Shown here in pieces: positions 37,153 through 49,543 of a stretch of 64,000 bases of DNA (the stretch's first letter is position 1; each line of letters begins with the position of its first letter). The translations under genes were made by a program, and so were the position numbers. Origin of the DNA: Entomortierella parvispora E1425. Its lineage: Eukaryota; Fungi; Mortierellomycota. Location of the stretch: contig BQFW01000005.1 in NCBI GenBank assembly GCA_020891255.1, forward strand, positions 434,001 to 498,000, written 5' to 3'. The notes under the pieces were generated by a model that was given only the letters and a program-made list of their open reading frames with translations, was not told the DNA's origin and searched no databases.

Positions 37153-40100
37153 TCCAGGGGCAGCGACAAGATTTTCATACCCGGGGAGGAGGAATATACA
37201 CGAGGAGGCACGCACACACATGCATGAAAGGCTGGGGAGGAGAGCGTGTTAAGACTTGATAGACTGTCCATATTATCATAAGCCATCAATTAAAGTAATC
37301 AACATTTCCCAAGGGGTGCAGTTCGTTTCTAGGAAGTGTACGTGCGCGAGGATACAGCACGCATGTCAGGGTCCAGCCGAGAAGATGACATTTTGTTTGT
37401 TGGACACAGAGTGACAAAAGGGTAAAAAAATGATGGACATCATCGTGGCACAGCCATTTCTCTCTTTTTCCCCCAGTAAAAACTCGGAGTGACGAGAGGG
37501 GCTGTCCATGGGACGGACGGCCACAAAGCCCAGATAAGAAGAAAAGAAACAAAAGAAACATGGTTGTCGGGAGTCCCCGTCATCCAAAAAGACAAGAGGG
37601 AAGGGATCCCAGCCAGTCAACAAGCCATGAGCAAAGGAGATCGCCGTCCGTGATGAGCGTCCATCCTTTCTTGTCAGCACCTGTTCCATCCCAGCAAGTC
37701 GGACGCACTCCATATTTCAGGTACAATCTGACCATATCGATCACGCAAAAAAAAAAAGATAATTGGCATGTGAAAGTGATCTGAGCGTGAATTTTTGCTG
37801 GGTCGTGCATCTTTTCTTGGTTTCGTTCTCGATCGCATTTCAAATATCGGACAAACTATTTGAGCTCCTGCAGCTGTTCGAGAATTGTAATAAAAAAAAA
37901 ACGCGGCAGGGACCTTTTTTTTTTTTTTTTTTTTTTGCGCACAACCCCTCCTTCAAACCTTTTTGTTCACTCGTGTGAATGATAGAAAACAAACACTTTA
38001 GATGCTCCCAAAAACCCATTCTTCATGCTTTCTCATGAGAACGGACATCTGTTTAGCGTGGTTCCGTGGTTCTCCAATTGAAACGTACTTTTTGTTTGCT
38101 AGATGTAGATACAGACCATAGTCGGGTCAGTAGGCTAGGGGGGAGAGAGAAAAAGTTCAGACTGGCACATGCTGCTGGCCCATTTTTGCATCTCCACTCC
38201 ACTCCCTCTTTTCCTCTTAAGAAACAATCCGACCCATCCTTAACTCCTCCTCTCAACAGGTCGCTTGCTGAACTTTTTTTTTTCAAAGGGAAAGAGGGAT
38301 AAACAAAAAGGAATGGTCAAAACAATGTGTGGTTTAAAAAGAAGGGAAATTAGACCCATGCATGCTGTCCGTGGGTGGGGGAAGGGCTGTTTGTCCATGG
38401 TGAGGGATGCCTCGTTGTTTCTAGTATATGACCGCCAAAAACGCCCTTCTTTGTTTTTTTTTCTTGAATGGATGTCTTTCAATGAAGAAAAGAGCTGGCG
38501 AGGCACAAAGAAAAAGAAGCTCTCGAGGACAGGGCGCAGGGGTCAAGGGCTTTAAAGAGCTTACATGAACAACGAGGGCTTGTCCTGAAAACAACAACAA
38601 ATGTCAACAAAAACAAACAATTGATCAGCACATAGCTCTTGGTCCTGGCAACAAAGCTGGAACAGAGAGCCAAAGGGCTAACTGGTCACCCATGCATTTC
38701 CTTTCTCGCCTCTCTTCTTCTGACAATCATTTCAATAAAACACGATTGAACCTCAGAGCTTTCTTATCTAAAGGTATTATTCTTCATGCAACGACTATCT
38801 ACCCTTCAGGAAAAAAAAAGAGGGTTCTAGGTTTCGGGTTTTTCAAAAATGTTTAAAATTATCGTTGAGCGGACTCTTTTTTTTTTCATCTTGCTCGTCA
38901 TCGGTGGCGATGTGAGAAAACCAAGACAACGATGGATAGAAGAAGAACGAGAGGGATCAAGGGACGGGAGAGGGAATGCCAGCTAGGAGCGGAGAGTGTT
39001 GTTGGGTGTACATATGTATGTGGTGTTGTGGTGTTGTGTGGTGTTTGTTGTTGACTCGCTGCGTGTTGTTGCGTGATCGCATGGATGATGATGATAGAGT
39101 CTTGCGCGTGTCATGTCTTTTTTTTTCTTTTTTCCTTGGTGGCCGCACCCATGTGTGTGTCTTGTCATGGCTGCGACGCATGAACTCAGCCAGGCAGACA
39201 AGGGCAGAACAACAAAATAAGACGAGCGGCTACTCAATTACCGATCCAAACTTGAGCAATCGAGCACATCTTTTTTCGCCAGTTAGCAAGACGAGAGAGA
39301 GAGAAAGTTGCGAGCAAAAGCAGTGAGGATGAGCAGAGCAGCAAGAGCAATGCCGGCGTGAAGGAGTGTGAAGGAGCGTGAGGGGGACAGACAGACAGGC
39401 AGAGAGAGAGAGAAACAGCCTGACTGCCTTGAAGCAAGCAGACATGCAGACACGCCCCCTGCTGCCCCATGGCATGCGCCTGTCGAACCTCTTTCACGCT
39501 CTGGTCGTCGACCCTTTCGCTTTCAGGTGTCTGCAGAGGAGTGTCAATTTCCCTCCGACTATGCCGGGTCGAAAGGGCAAATAAAAAGGGCGGGTCCGTT
39601 CTCTCTTTCTCTTTTCTTCTTCACTTTCACCACTCTTCTCTTCTTTTTCTTTCTCTCTCTATCTTTCTCTCTCTCATCTCTCTCATCCCTCTTTGCATCC
39701 TCATCTCGCGTCGTCTGCATCCCTCGCTCATTCCTCTCTGTTGCATTCACACATATACCCCCCACCTACCCTCTCTCATTGCCTGCTCTCCAACAAAGAC
39801 GCAGCAACCCGATACCACAACGACTTTTCAGGTACAATATCCGAGCTGTCTCTTCAGCACCTCCTTTCTTCCTCTTCGCTCTTCTCCTCTCCTTCTCCTT
39901 TCATGGCCCATTGGGATTGAAAAGAAAAAGAGTAGAAAGTCCTTCCACTGCGGTGTTTGTCCTCGTTCTTCTGTCCTTGTTGTCTCTTGACTGCAGTTGC
40001 CTCCACACAAACACACGCGCACACATACCCACGTCGATTGTGTCCCCATCCACCACCCCCAACAGCGATCTGGGCGTATTTTTCCAATCCTCTCACGCAG

Positions 40101-40591
40101 CACCCAAACAAAGACACGACAGACCAACCCCCCATAATCCACACATCTCCTCTCCTCTTCATCCACCCAACATCAACAAAACAACAAAAAGAAGCAACTG
40201 CAATCGATCGTCAAAAAAACCAGCCTTTCGAGGACACCCGACTCTTTTTCTTTTGTCTCCCATCCTGTATCTGATCCTTCCATCCCGATCCTCAATCCCG
40301 AACCACCCCCCTTGCCGCTGTTGCTCGCCCTGTTCAGCGAGCATTGTGATTCCTCATCCCCTGTTCCTTTCTCCCTTTTTCTTTCTCTTTTTCCAGGGGG
40401 TTCACCAAGTGCGTAACTGCGTAACCTCGCTGCTGTTCTCTGCTTTGTTCTGCATCCCTCTGGGGATCAAATCAAACGTGTGTGCTCGAGGATCGACATT
40501 CGTCTAACCCAACCACTCCTTTTTTTCTCTTTCTTTCTGTCTCCTTCCCTGCACACACAGCTCTCAGAACAACATACACACCCTTTCCATA

Positions 40592-42076
40592 ATGACCACT
40601 CGCTACAGTTCATCTGAATCCGATAACTCTGATATCGAGGATCGTAACCACTCTCGTACGTCGACCTCATCTGTCGAAGAAGAAGTTGTCAAGTTGCCCA
40701 ACGGTGTCCACAAAACTACTACCACCACCACTACTACCCACACCATGTCTTCTTCTACCTCCTCCGCTGAGGAGTCCTCTGAAAAGGCCACCACTGCCCC
40801 TGGCTTCATTGCCCGTGTCAGCTCTCTTCCCTTGATCCACGACTCTGTCTCGACCTTGCACTCGATTGCCAAGGACAACAAGTACAGTAGCTACGCCTTG
40901 GACACCGTTGGCTCCGCCGTCGGAACCGTTTCCAAGTACACCGAGGGTTACCAGACTCGTCTGCAGCCTCACATCTCCAAGGTGGACCAGATCGCCACCA
41001 AGTCCTTGGACCTCTTCGAGACCACCTTCCCCATCGTGACCAAGCCTACGGCCGAGATTGTCACACAGGTCAAGAAGCCCATTGTCTTTGTGGAGGAGTC
41101 TTCCAAGAACGCGTATACCCAGATTCAGTCCACCATTGACACCCATGTCACTGTCCCCGTCAAGTCGGTGACCTCCTCCTTGGCCTCCACAGCTGCCTCT
41201 ACCCGCGACCAGATCACGACCGCCGCCACCTCGACCCGCGACCAGATCACTACTGTTGCTGCTTCGACTGCCAACAACCTCACCACCGCGGCCACCACCC
41301 ACGCCAACACCTTGGCTACCCATGTCAACACCCGCGCCACTCCTTTGGTCGATGGACTCGAGACCATCGTCAACCGCTACTTGCCTGCCGATGTCGATGA
41401 TGATCAGTCCACCGCTGGCCAGAGCAACCAGGCCACTCGCGTTGTGGAATTGGGTCGCTCGGTCTCTTTGCGCGTCACCCGTCGCGTGAGCGTCAGCACT
41501 GCCCCCATCAAGAAGGCAGCCGAGAACAACGCCACTGTGATCAAGTCCAAGGAGTCGATCCAGGCCTTGAACCTCCGCCTCACGGCTTTGGTCGAGTCTC
41601 TTCGACTCCATGCCAAGGAGCTCCAGGAGAATGTCCACACCGCATCGGGCGAGGCCTCGACCCGTGTCCAGGCCCGCGTCACCGACTTGTCGGCTTCGCT
41701 CTTGACCGAGATTGACTCTTTGTCCGTGTACTTGAAGGAGCACAGCCCCAAGTTGCCCGAGTATGTCCAGGTCCGCCTGGAGCCCCTGATGGGCTTTGTG
41801 AATGACCGGTATGTGTTGGTGAAGGGCGAGATCACCAAGCCCGATGTGTCTGCTATCCAGAAGGCCCGCAACATCTTGCACTTGACGACGGAGGAGACTT
41901 TGCCCATCTTGCAGAGCGCTGCCCAGGATGTGAAGGAGTCCTTGACCCAGTACCAGGTGTCGATCCAGGAGAACGTTCACCGTGGATTGACCAAGGTCCA
42001 GGAGGTCAACTCGTCTGTTAGCGATGCTGCTGCTCGTGCTGTCCAGAGTGCTCGCGTCATTGTCGGTGCCAAGTAA
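40592..42076 (+). CDS. Perilipin-like lipid-droplet protein (PAT domain, 11-mer repeats, C-terminal helical bundle)
   Basis: Intronless ORF with strong codon bias. PAT-like RVSSLPLIHDS...SKVDQIATKSLDLFETTFPIVTKPTAEI; 11-residue repeats ASTRDQITTAA/TSTRDQITTVA/ASTANNLTTAA; ETIVNRYLP motif. Confidence 0.8.
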   Translation: MTTRYSSSESDNSDIEDRNHSRTSTSSVEEEVVKLPNGVHKTTTTTTTTHTMSSSTSSAEESSEKATTAPGFIARVSSLPLIHDSVSTLHSIAKDNKYSSYALDTVGSAVGTVSKYTEGYQTRLQPHISKVDQIATKSLDLFETTFPIVTKPTAEIVTQVKKPIVFVEESSKNAYTQIQSTIDTHVTVPVKSVTSSLASTAASTRDQITTAATSTRDQITTVAASTANNLTTAATTHANTLATHVNTRATPLVDGLETIVNRYLPADVDDDQSTAGQSNQATRVVELGRSVSLRVTRRVSVSTAPIKKAAENNATVIKSKESIQALNLRLTALVESLRLHAKELQENVHTASGEASTRVQARVTDLSASLLTEIDSLSVYLKEHSPKLPEYVQVRLEPLMGFVNDRYVLVKGEITKPDVSAIQKARNILHLTTEETLPILQSAAQDVKESLTQYQVSIQENVHRGLTKVQEVNSSVSDAAARAVQSARVIVGAK

Positions 42077-42513
42077 AAACAGCAAAGATACCAACCATCT
42101 TATGATAAAAAACCTTTTAGACGAAAAAAAAAACCAGAAAAAAATTGCAATGACATTAAACAACAAAAAAAAAGGCCAGAAAACACCCAAAGCCCAATTT
42201 GATATCGATGTGTGTGCATGAGAAGGGTGCAAAAGAAGAGAAGAAGGTAGAAGAGATAGATGGGTGGCGTGGGAAGGAGGACCGGAAAGAACAAAAGAAA
42301 GAAGACGACGCGGTCCAAACGCGAGATTGCATCGCATCCAACTGCATGACGTGCCGTCGAATGAGCGTATTTTGCGTCGTTCCCCTTTTTTGTGGTCGAG
42401 TCGTTCGTTGGTTGTTCTCTTTCTTTCTCTCTCTTTCTCCTTATACCTCTTCCTCTGTTGATCGCTCTTCGTTCATTCATCCACATTTCACTCTTTCATT
42501 CTTTCATTCTCTC

Positions 42514-44289
42514 ATGCCTGCTCCACCCCCACCTCCACCCCCTCCACCCCCTCCAGGCGGTGGACCCCCTGCACCTTCTCTACCTCCCCCATCAAAAGAC
42601 CGGAATGCACTCCTGAATCAGATTCAGAGCGGGAAGAAACTCAAGAAGGCAATGACCAACGATCGTTCTGCACCCATCGTCGGTATGACTGACTGCACTA
42701 CTGACTCATGACAACGATGCATCGCAGAGAAGGCGCTTTGACCACGACCCGCTCAAGGTTACTGACGGACTCTGGCTTTCTCTCTTTTATTAAAACGCAG
42801 CTGCGGCCAAAACGAGCTCAAGTTCAGGAGCAGGATCTATGCCCAGACCACCGCCCATTGGAGGAGGTGGCGTGTCAGCGGGCTCGAATACCAACACCAG
42901 CAGCGGAGCACCTCAGCTTGGAGGACTCTTTGCAGGAGGGATGCCAAAGCTGAAGAGTCGAGCAGGAGGACTGGACACTGGAGGTAAGGACCTGGGACCT
43001 TTGCTGCAGCAGAGTTCCACTCCCATCTGAATGAGCATGGAGCATCAGCAATGAGCAGACAGACCGACCGACATGCGTTGTGAGCATGCGGGTCATCACG
43101 AGTCGCAACTCCTTTTTTTTTGCCTTTGTCTTGTCTCCCCAACCCAACCCAAGCCAACGCAACCCAGCCGTCTGTCTGCGCTGTGTCGTTACACAATGAC
43201 CTCAGTGACCAAAGTCAATCTGTCGCATGGCGTTTCTTCGTGCTACTTACACCTTCTCTTGTCCCTGTCATCTAGCTGACCACTCCAGCAGTAACGGCAC
43301 CAGCGCGTACGCAGCTCCTTCGAGGGGTGTGCCTAGACCCCCTTCTGTCGACTCTCCAGCAAGGACAACCGCTACTCCTCCCGGTTTGCCTGGACGGACT
43401 CCTCCACCTGTTCGCCAAGCACCAGTGACTCCACCTCCTGCGCTAGGTCGATCTGTCCCAACTCCACTGCCCGCCAATGCATCGTCAGCACGTTCAGTAC
43501 CAACCGCACCTCTCACACCCGGACGCGCAGTTCCGACCGCTCCTCCTACGCTGCCATCCCGATCACCCGCCCCTGCACCTCCTCCAAGGAAAGCAGGACC
43601 CCCACCTCCTCCAAGAAGCAATGGAGCAGCATCACCCGCGACACCGTCGAGGCCAACGCCAGGAACACCGGGTCGTGCGCCTCCAATGCAGCCAAATCGG
43701 GCTTCAGCTTTGCCCTCTCCCATCGTCACCGCCCCACCACCCAATAGGACGCGTGCATCACCTTCAGTCCCATCTGCAGCACCCGCATTACCAATATTAG
43801 GGTCGAGACCAAGGTCAGGGTCAGCCCCCCAAAGAGCCGACATCCGACCCATGTCTCCAATACCTTCTGCACCAAAACAGGGTATGTTTTAATAATATTT
43901 CTCAATCAAGGGTTTCCTACCGTCGACTTCTTACTGGGATACTTACAGCACCTTTGCTTTTGATGAATATCCTAAGCAGAGCCTCCAGCAACAGAAGGAC
44001 GGTGGACATTCAGGCTAGCTCATGACTTTCCCGCACCCAGAGCAGGTGGCCACCATGGGCCTAAAGTGTATCCGAGCGGAAACTCTTCAGGAAGCTGTAA
44101 GAGGATTATCTTTAGAGTCCAAAAACTATCTAGATCTTATTTGTCGACTGACACTGGTTCATTTGGCGCCTTTTTTTTCCCCTTCATTCTTCCTTAGCGA
44201 TACCTCTGGATCTTTCATCATTATCAGGAGCTTTAGGAGGAAGGGCGCCACCACCTCCACCCGTTCCTGGCGGGGGCCGATACCAATAA
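42514..44289 (+). CDS. VRP1: Verprolin / WIP homolog (actin regulator), 5 exons
   Basis: MPAPPPPPPPPPP; WH2 RNALLNQIQSGKKLKKAMTNDRSAP; second motif GGLFAGGMPKLK; proline-rich core; WASP-binding-like EGRWTFRLAHDFPAPR...KVYPSG; last exon SIPLDLSSL...RYQ*. Confidence 0.88.
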
Positions 44290-44448
44290 TGCGGATAATA
44301 AACAACCCCTCAGAAATTCAAAAACAAAGTGGAGCACAAATAGCGATCGATGGGTTTTATTTTCAAAGCATTTGGATGCAACAGGACCCAGAAAGAAGGT
44401 TCATTGGAAACAGCTGATTGTCTTGACAGTTTCCATATTGGGTTTTTT

Positions 44449-45195
44449 CTAGGCCTGACAGTAGTCTGACACGCCAGCGCCTGCACTGACGCACCGACCA
44501 GGACAGGGTCCGAGATTGACGCCATGAGAGCCTACAAAGTAGTACAAGTTGTTCCGGAGATACTCGCCCGAATCTTGATCATGGACGTCGCTGTTGTCGT
44601 CTTGATCGAGACCGAGACCGCGACGGATAGTCTCTCCGCAATAGAGGCCGTCCCCGGACTCGAGCGTCTTGGGCACAGTGGCGGGCCCGCCGCCAACACA
44701 GTAGTCCATTTGACGGTTACCGGCCGAGCAGACAAAGTAATCACTGGCCTTTTGGGATCCACCACCTTGACCGCCTCCAATGCCTCCAAAGACACCCACA
44801 AGAGCGGTACGAGCGGACGAGTCCACGAGTGGCTTGGACGTCACCATGGGAGCGGGCATAGACATGCGAGAACGAGTGTAGTCGATCAGGGTTGATTCGC
44901 AAAAGAACCCTGCACTGGGACATACGAGTTGGAGAGGCCCTTGACCTTGACCGCCATGATCAGCATCGTTGTCCGGGTTCCAATCGCCTTGATACATGCC
45001 GCGTTCCATATCATTTGGGAGATCATGGTGAGGGTGACGAGACGGTCTGTGAGGATGACCAACCAAAGTGGGGAAAGGAGTTGGAGACGCAGGCACCATG
45101 ACCGTGAGAGATCCGGGAGGCGGGATACCCTGGGCCATGATGGCCGTGGCCGACAAGAGGCTGATAACGAGGAGTTGCTGGATGTTGGAAATCAT
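44449..45195 (-). CDS. Secreted cysteine-rich protein of unknown function (~248 aa)
   Basis: Hydrophobic signal-like N-terminus MISNIQQLLVISLLSATAIMAQ; 8 Cys in CPSAGFFC, FVC..DYC, GLYCG, CPGRCV...DYC; intronless. Confidence 0.7.
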   Translation of the reverse strand: MISNIQQLLVISLLSATAIMAQGIPPPGSLTVMVPASPTPFPTLVGHPHRPSRHPHHDLPNDMERGMYQGDWNPDNDADHGGQGQGPLQLVCPSAGFFCESTLIDYTRSRMSMPAPMVTSKPLVDSSARTALVGVFGGIGGGQGGGSQKASDYFVCSAGNRQMDYCVGGGPATVPKTLESGDGLYCGETIRRGLGLDQDDNSDVHDQDSGEYLRNNLYYFVGSHGVNLGPCPGRCVSAGAGVSDYCQA

Positions 45196-45467
45196 TTCTG
45201 CTCGGAAAAGGTGTGTGGTGCAAGAGAGATTGAGGGTGCTTGGAGATGGCATACAGGAGTTTCAAGGCAATCTTTATGGGTTTCTACAAAACCTCATTCA
45301 GCAGACTTTTTTTCTTGGAGCAGAGTCAGTCGATGGAGCTCCATTTCAGAACCTTTTTGAGTTTGTATTGAGTTAAGGTAGAGAAACGGGGTCTTCTATG
45401 AAGTATGGACTATCGGATCTGATTCCCAGAATCTGGATCCTTGCTTTGGCTTCCTCGTCAGAGTCCC

Positions 45468-46933
45468 TCAGTGGTCACCTCGCATGATGCGGATTTGTTC
45501 ATCAGCATCAGCGAGCATTTGCTTCCTTCTCTGCGCTACAGTGTCGAGTTGTTTCTGAAGAGCTGCGATCTGGGTCCTCAAGAGCCTGATGTCTTGCTCA
45601 ACGCTTGCTGTTGTGGTGGTGGTTCAAATAAAATAAAAAGGTAGATGCCAAGTCATCATCGATAAGTCAGTCCCTGCGTTTGCTCTTTGTCTCCGATGTT
45701 TGATTGCATGGTGACATACCTTTCAGGGCCTCATGAGCCTCGGCTGCCTGTGCCGCAGCGGCCTTGATAGCTGCGATGACAAAGTCGTGATAGTAGGCTT
45801 CTTTAATGACGCTCCACTCATGTTCCTTTTGTTTGCTCTCCGCGGTTAACTGATAGACTTCAGACTGCATCGCCGCGGATCTTTCCAATGGAAACGCAAA
45901 CTCGTGTTAGTCAGGAAGACGGAGGCACCCGTGTTTCGCATCTTGGACAGCAATTACCTTTTGTCACCAGTATCCAGCTGTGCAAGCTGTCGCTGCCTCT
46001 CACTTAGGGACTTGCGAGAGGAGACCAAGGCCAGGGTGGATTGTTCCAACTACAAAAAGTCATTTAAAAGAGAGAGAGACAGACAGATAGAAAGAGAGGG
46101 AAGAAACAGTCAGAAAGTGTGGATCAAGAAGGCGACATTGCCAGAGACTCCTGCTTTTTTTTTTATCCTTCTCATATCCCAAACCTGGCAACGAGATTAT
46201 TTTTTTTACCTCTTGCAAGGCAACCCACTCAACGTCTCCGTGGGGACGACCCTCCTTGGCGAGGAAGGTCTGGCGTTCCTTGACGAATCGAAGCTCACCC
46301 GTGATGTCGAGCAAGGGCAGGATTTCGATCTGTTTGACCGCAGGTTCAAAAGCAGCCTCAGCCTGCTGAGGCTCCTGTTGTTCCGCAACGGTCGTCGGTT
46401 GCTCCCCACCGGACTCATAAGAATAAGCATCCTGATGCTGTGATTGGGAATACTCCTCTGAAGGTCGCTCATCGACTTCAAGGTGCTCTAGTTCCTGTTC
46501 GTGTTGCATGGCCTCTGTGGCCAAGGAATGGCTGTTGTCTGCTGTTGGCTCATAAGAGAGCGATTCCTGGGTCGCAGATTTAGAAAGGTGGGCATCATCG
46601 ACCACGTACTCCTGTGGACTTGCATCTGCCTGCTCCATCATGATTTCGCGCTGACGGGCTTCCTGGACCCGAAGGTCTTGTTCGACCATCTCCTCTGTTG
46701 CCTCTTCTCGAAGATTCCTGGCTGCCTTTTGCAAGTTGAAGACATCTTTTGGTGCATCGACGGGCTATCATTACGTGGATGATTGAGAATGAAGGATGAC
46801 AAAAGGGGAACAGTGAGGGGGGTGTCGCCCTGTTTCTAATTTTCCAGTTTATAATCCAATGAGTATAGAATGAAAGAGTGTAGAGTCAGAGCTTTACCAC
46901 ATAGGTTGGCGGGTTATCAACATGAGAGTCCAT
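45468..46933 (-). CDS. Uncharacterised protein: acidic disordered N-half and coiled-coil C-half (about 5 exons)
   Basis: Phase-consistent GT-AG splicing: MDSHVDNPPTYV / PVDAPKDVFNLQKAARN...VALQE / LEQSTLAL...DK / RSAAMQSEVYQL...EALK / ASVEQDIRLLRTQIAALQKQLDTV...GDH*. No recognised domain. Confidence 0.6.
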
Positions 46934-47559
46934 GATTTAATATATTCTTTTTTCTTTTGTGTTTTGTGGAAAAAAAAAGTCGTTTGTTGGGAATCTTGAA
47001 GGAATGGCGGAAAAGGGATTGAAAACGGAAAAGGTCCAGGAGCAGGTCGAGTTTTATAAAATGGATATAAAACTGGGTCGCGGGTGAGAGGGAACAGCTC
47101 CCTCATCGAAGAGGAAGCGAGAGAAGAGAGAGAGAGAGAAAAAGGCAAAGGGTCAAAGCTCATTGGGAGCCAGGATCCCGGGGTCCCATATAGGATGACT
47201 CTGACGAAACGCCCAATGAGCCAAAGAAAAAAGCTCAGAAAAAGCTCTTTGCTAGGAACAGAATGAAGAAAAAGAAGAAAGAAAGAGAAAAAAAACGCGA
47301 ACCTCCGTGATCCCTGGCCCTTGCTTTCTTGCTCGCGTCCATTGAACAGATGATATATTTTTTTTGTCTTGAGAGCACTTTGCAAGGGACTCACGGGAAC
47401 CAAAAAATGACGATCCAACTATGGGCTCCCCTCAGCCTCTGATCCTGGGCCATGGGCGGATTCACACGACAAGCCTCTTTTGTATACGGAGCTCTACCAT
47501 GCGGTCGACCCTGTCTCCTCTTGTTTTCAGACTATATATATTTTTTTTTTTACAATAAT

Positions 47560-48759
47560 CTAAGTTCTATCGGCCACTCCGTTCTTCAGAGCGCCTGGGT
47601 GACTATTTAACCCACCGACCTCCCACGCCTGCTGACGCATCTTTCGCAGCGTGATGCTGACCCTGATCTGCCGCTTGACATACTCGCCGGGGCTTGTCTC
47701 ATCCTCTGTCACCTCTTGTATCCCATGCTCCCATTCATATCGAGCGGCACCCTGCATTGTGACGACTGATCCTGGCTCGAGTCGTACAGAAAATGCAGGC
47801 CGTTGACTGTGCGGCTCTGGAGCAATGCATGGTGAGGTTTTCAGAGTGGTGTTGCAAGCCGAAACACGGCTCATCATCCCTGAGGAGGCGGAGGAGTTGT
47901 CGATGGAAGACGTGTTGCCACTTTTACTACGATCATCGCCCTGTGGAGGATCGTTCGGAGACATGGGTTTTAGAGCAGGGTAAAAATCCATGTTGATACC
48001 CGACACAAGAGAAACGATCACGATTCCGTCGTCAAATCTGGAACAAAGAACAAGAAGGTAAGAGCCACGTTTGAATCGGTGACAACCATGTAAGCAACAA
48101 AGAGCCTCACCTTGCCAAGTCCACGTGTGGCTTGATGCCTTCACCTAATCAGCATCAACACAGGTTAGTTTTGACTTGCCTATCGGGTGACAATGCGACG
48201 GGTCCTGAGCGTCAAATAAAGTAACAGCAGCCCAAATGCTTATTTTCTGTTTACCAGGCTGATACAAATTCATGATGCTTTGGTCAAACAGAGGCATCCT
48301 TGCCGTCCAAGAAGAAGCGCAATAGGGTTCGTCCAAGACTCCAGTCTCCCAGAGCCGACTTTCCAGTTCCTGGATCCATATAAGTTCTTTTGGTCCAAAG
48401 CACATGGCCTGGTTTTGTTGGCCGCCCTTGAAAAAGTTGTGTTCAGTGATCTGCTCCATAAGCCTGGATTGATCCAGATGAGTCAGAACGTGGGTATGGA
48501 GAACCAGGCCGGGTATATGTGGATGAGACGAGTGAACTGGTCGACGGTGGTCTTGCTGTTGGTCATCGGTGTCTCCCCGTTCAAAGCTGCTGTCCATGAT
48601 GCTGTGGAAGATAGGGTCGTCCTGCCTGTCGCTGGCTGGCATCCTTGGTTGTTCATGAGAGGTTTCGCGTGGGTATGAATGAGTGATCAAGTCGATGACT
48701 GACTCCGAGTCCGAATCGGATGATCCAAAGAGCTCCTGATTGAGCTCCTCCATTTCCAT
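47560..48759 (-). CDS. AlkB-family Fe(II)/2-oxoglutarate dioxygenase (3 exons)
   Basis: LFDQSIMNLYQP/GEGIKPHVDLAR/FDDGIVIVSL (HxD), LEPGSVVTMQGAARYEWEHGI (second His), RVSITLR (2OG-binding Arg). Confidence 0.88.
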
Positions 48760-49543
48760 GGCGATTGTGTTCCAGTGGTGCACACAGACAACATGCAAAC
48801 TGGCATGCAAGCAGCACCCAGAATCAAAATTGGTGGCAATAGTCACGTGATCACTTAAAGCCCGCCAGGCAAGGAGTCGTCATCCTCGGAAAAAGTTCAT
48901 CAACAACCATGCCCCTTTCAAAGATTGGCTGCGCTTGAGTTTGATCTCTTGGTCCTCCAGCCCCGCCCCAGTCACGACCTAATCTGTAATAGACAGACCG
49001 CGGTCAAGCAAAGTCCGGTCTGCGGAGAACAGGAGAGCAGACAAAGGGGTTTGGATGCACCCTTTTCCTCCACAGCCGACGCGAACTGACGCGAGATTGG
49101 ATCAAAAAAAAAAGTTTTTGCCCAAACAACAGATCGTCCATTCAGCGCAGTCGTCTGCCGCCCTCTTGTGCTCTTGGGACGTCTCCCATTCCACACGCCG
49201 CACCTTGCTTTCCTTCTCTCTGTGTTGGCATGCCTGTCACACTTCAAAGTGCGCAAGCGAACCACCCTTCTAATTACTAATGCGGATCGATCCAGCCCCG
49301 CATGGTTGGCAACGTTGGGAATCCTAACGTGCTAAAGACAACTATAAAAGGGCAGACGGCACCAACGGAAACAACACGCAACTGCTTCATCCCTCTCCTC
49401 TCTCTCTCCTTCCTCATCTTGCTGCTGTTTGCTGTCAGGCTCTTCTCCTTTCTTTCCCATCTCCTGCTTTCTTCACCCCTGTCGACAAACACATAAATCG
49501 CAAAAGGAAACAATAGCAGGCAGGCATCACCATATCAGCTCAT

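Noticed and set aside
39368-40507. 379-aa plus-strand ORF upstream of perilipin
   Set aside because: It translates CT-rich low-complexity promoter/UTR sequence (F/S/L runs) and has no domain or coding-like composition.
40667-42337. 556-aa minus-strand ORF
   Set aside because: It is an antisense shadow of the codon-biased perilipin gene and has no recognisable motifs.
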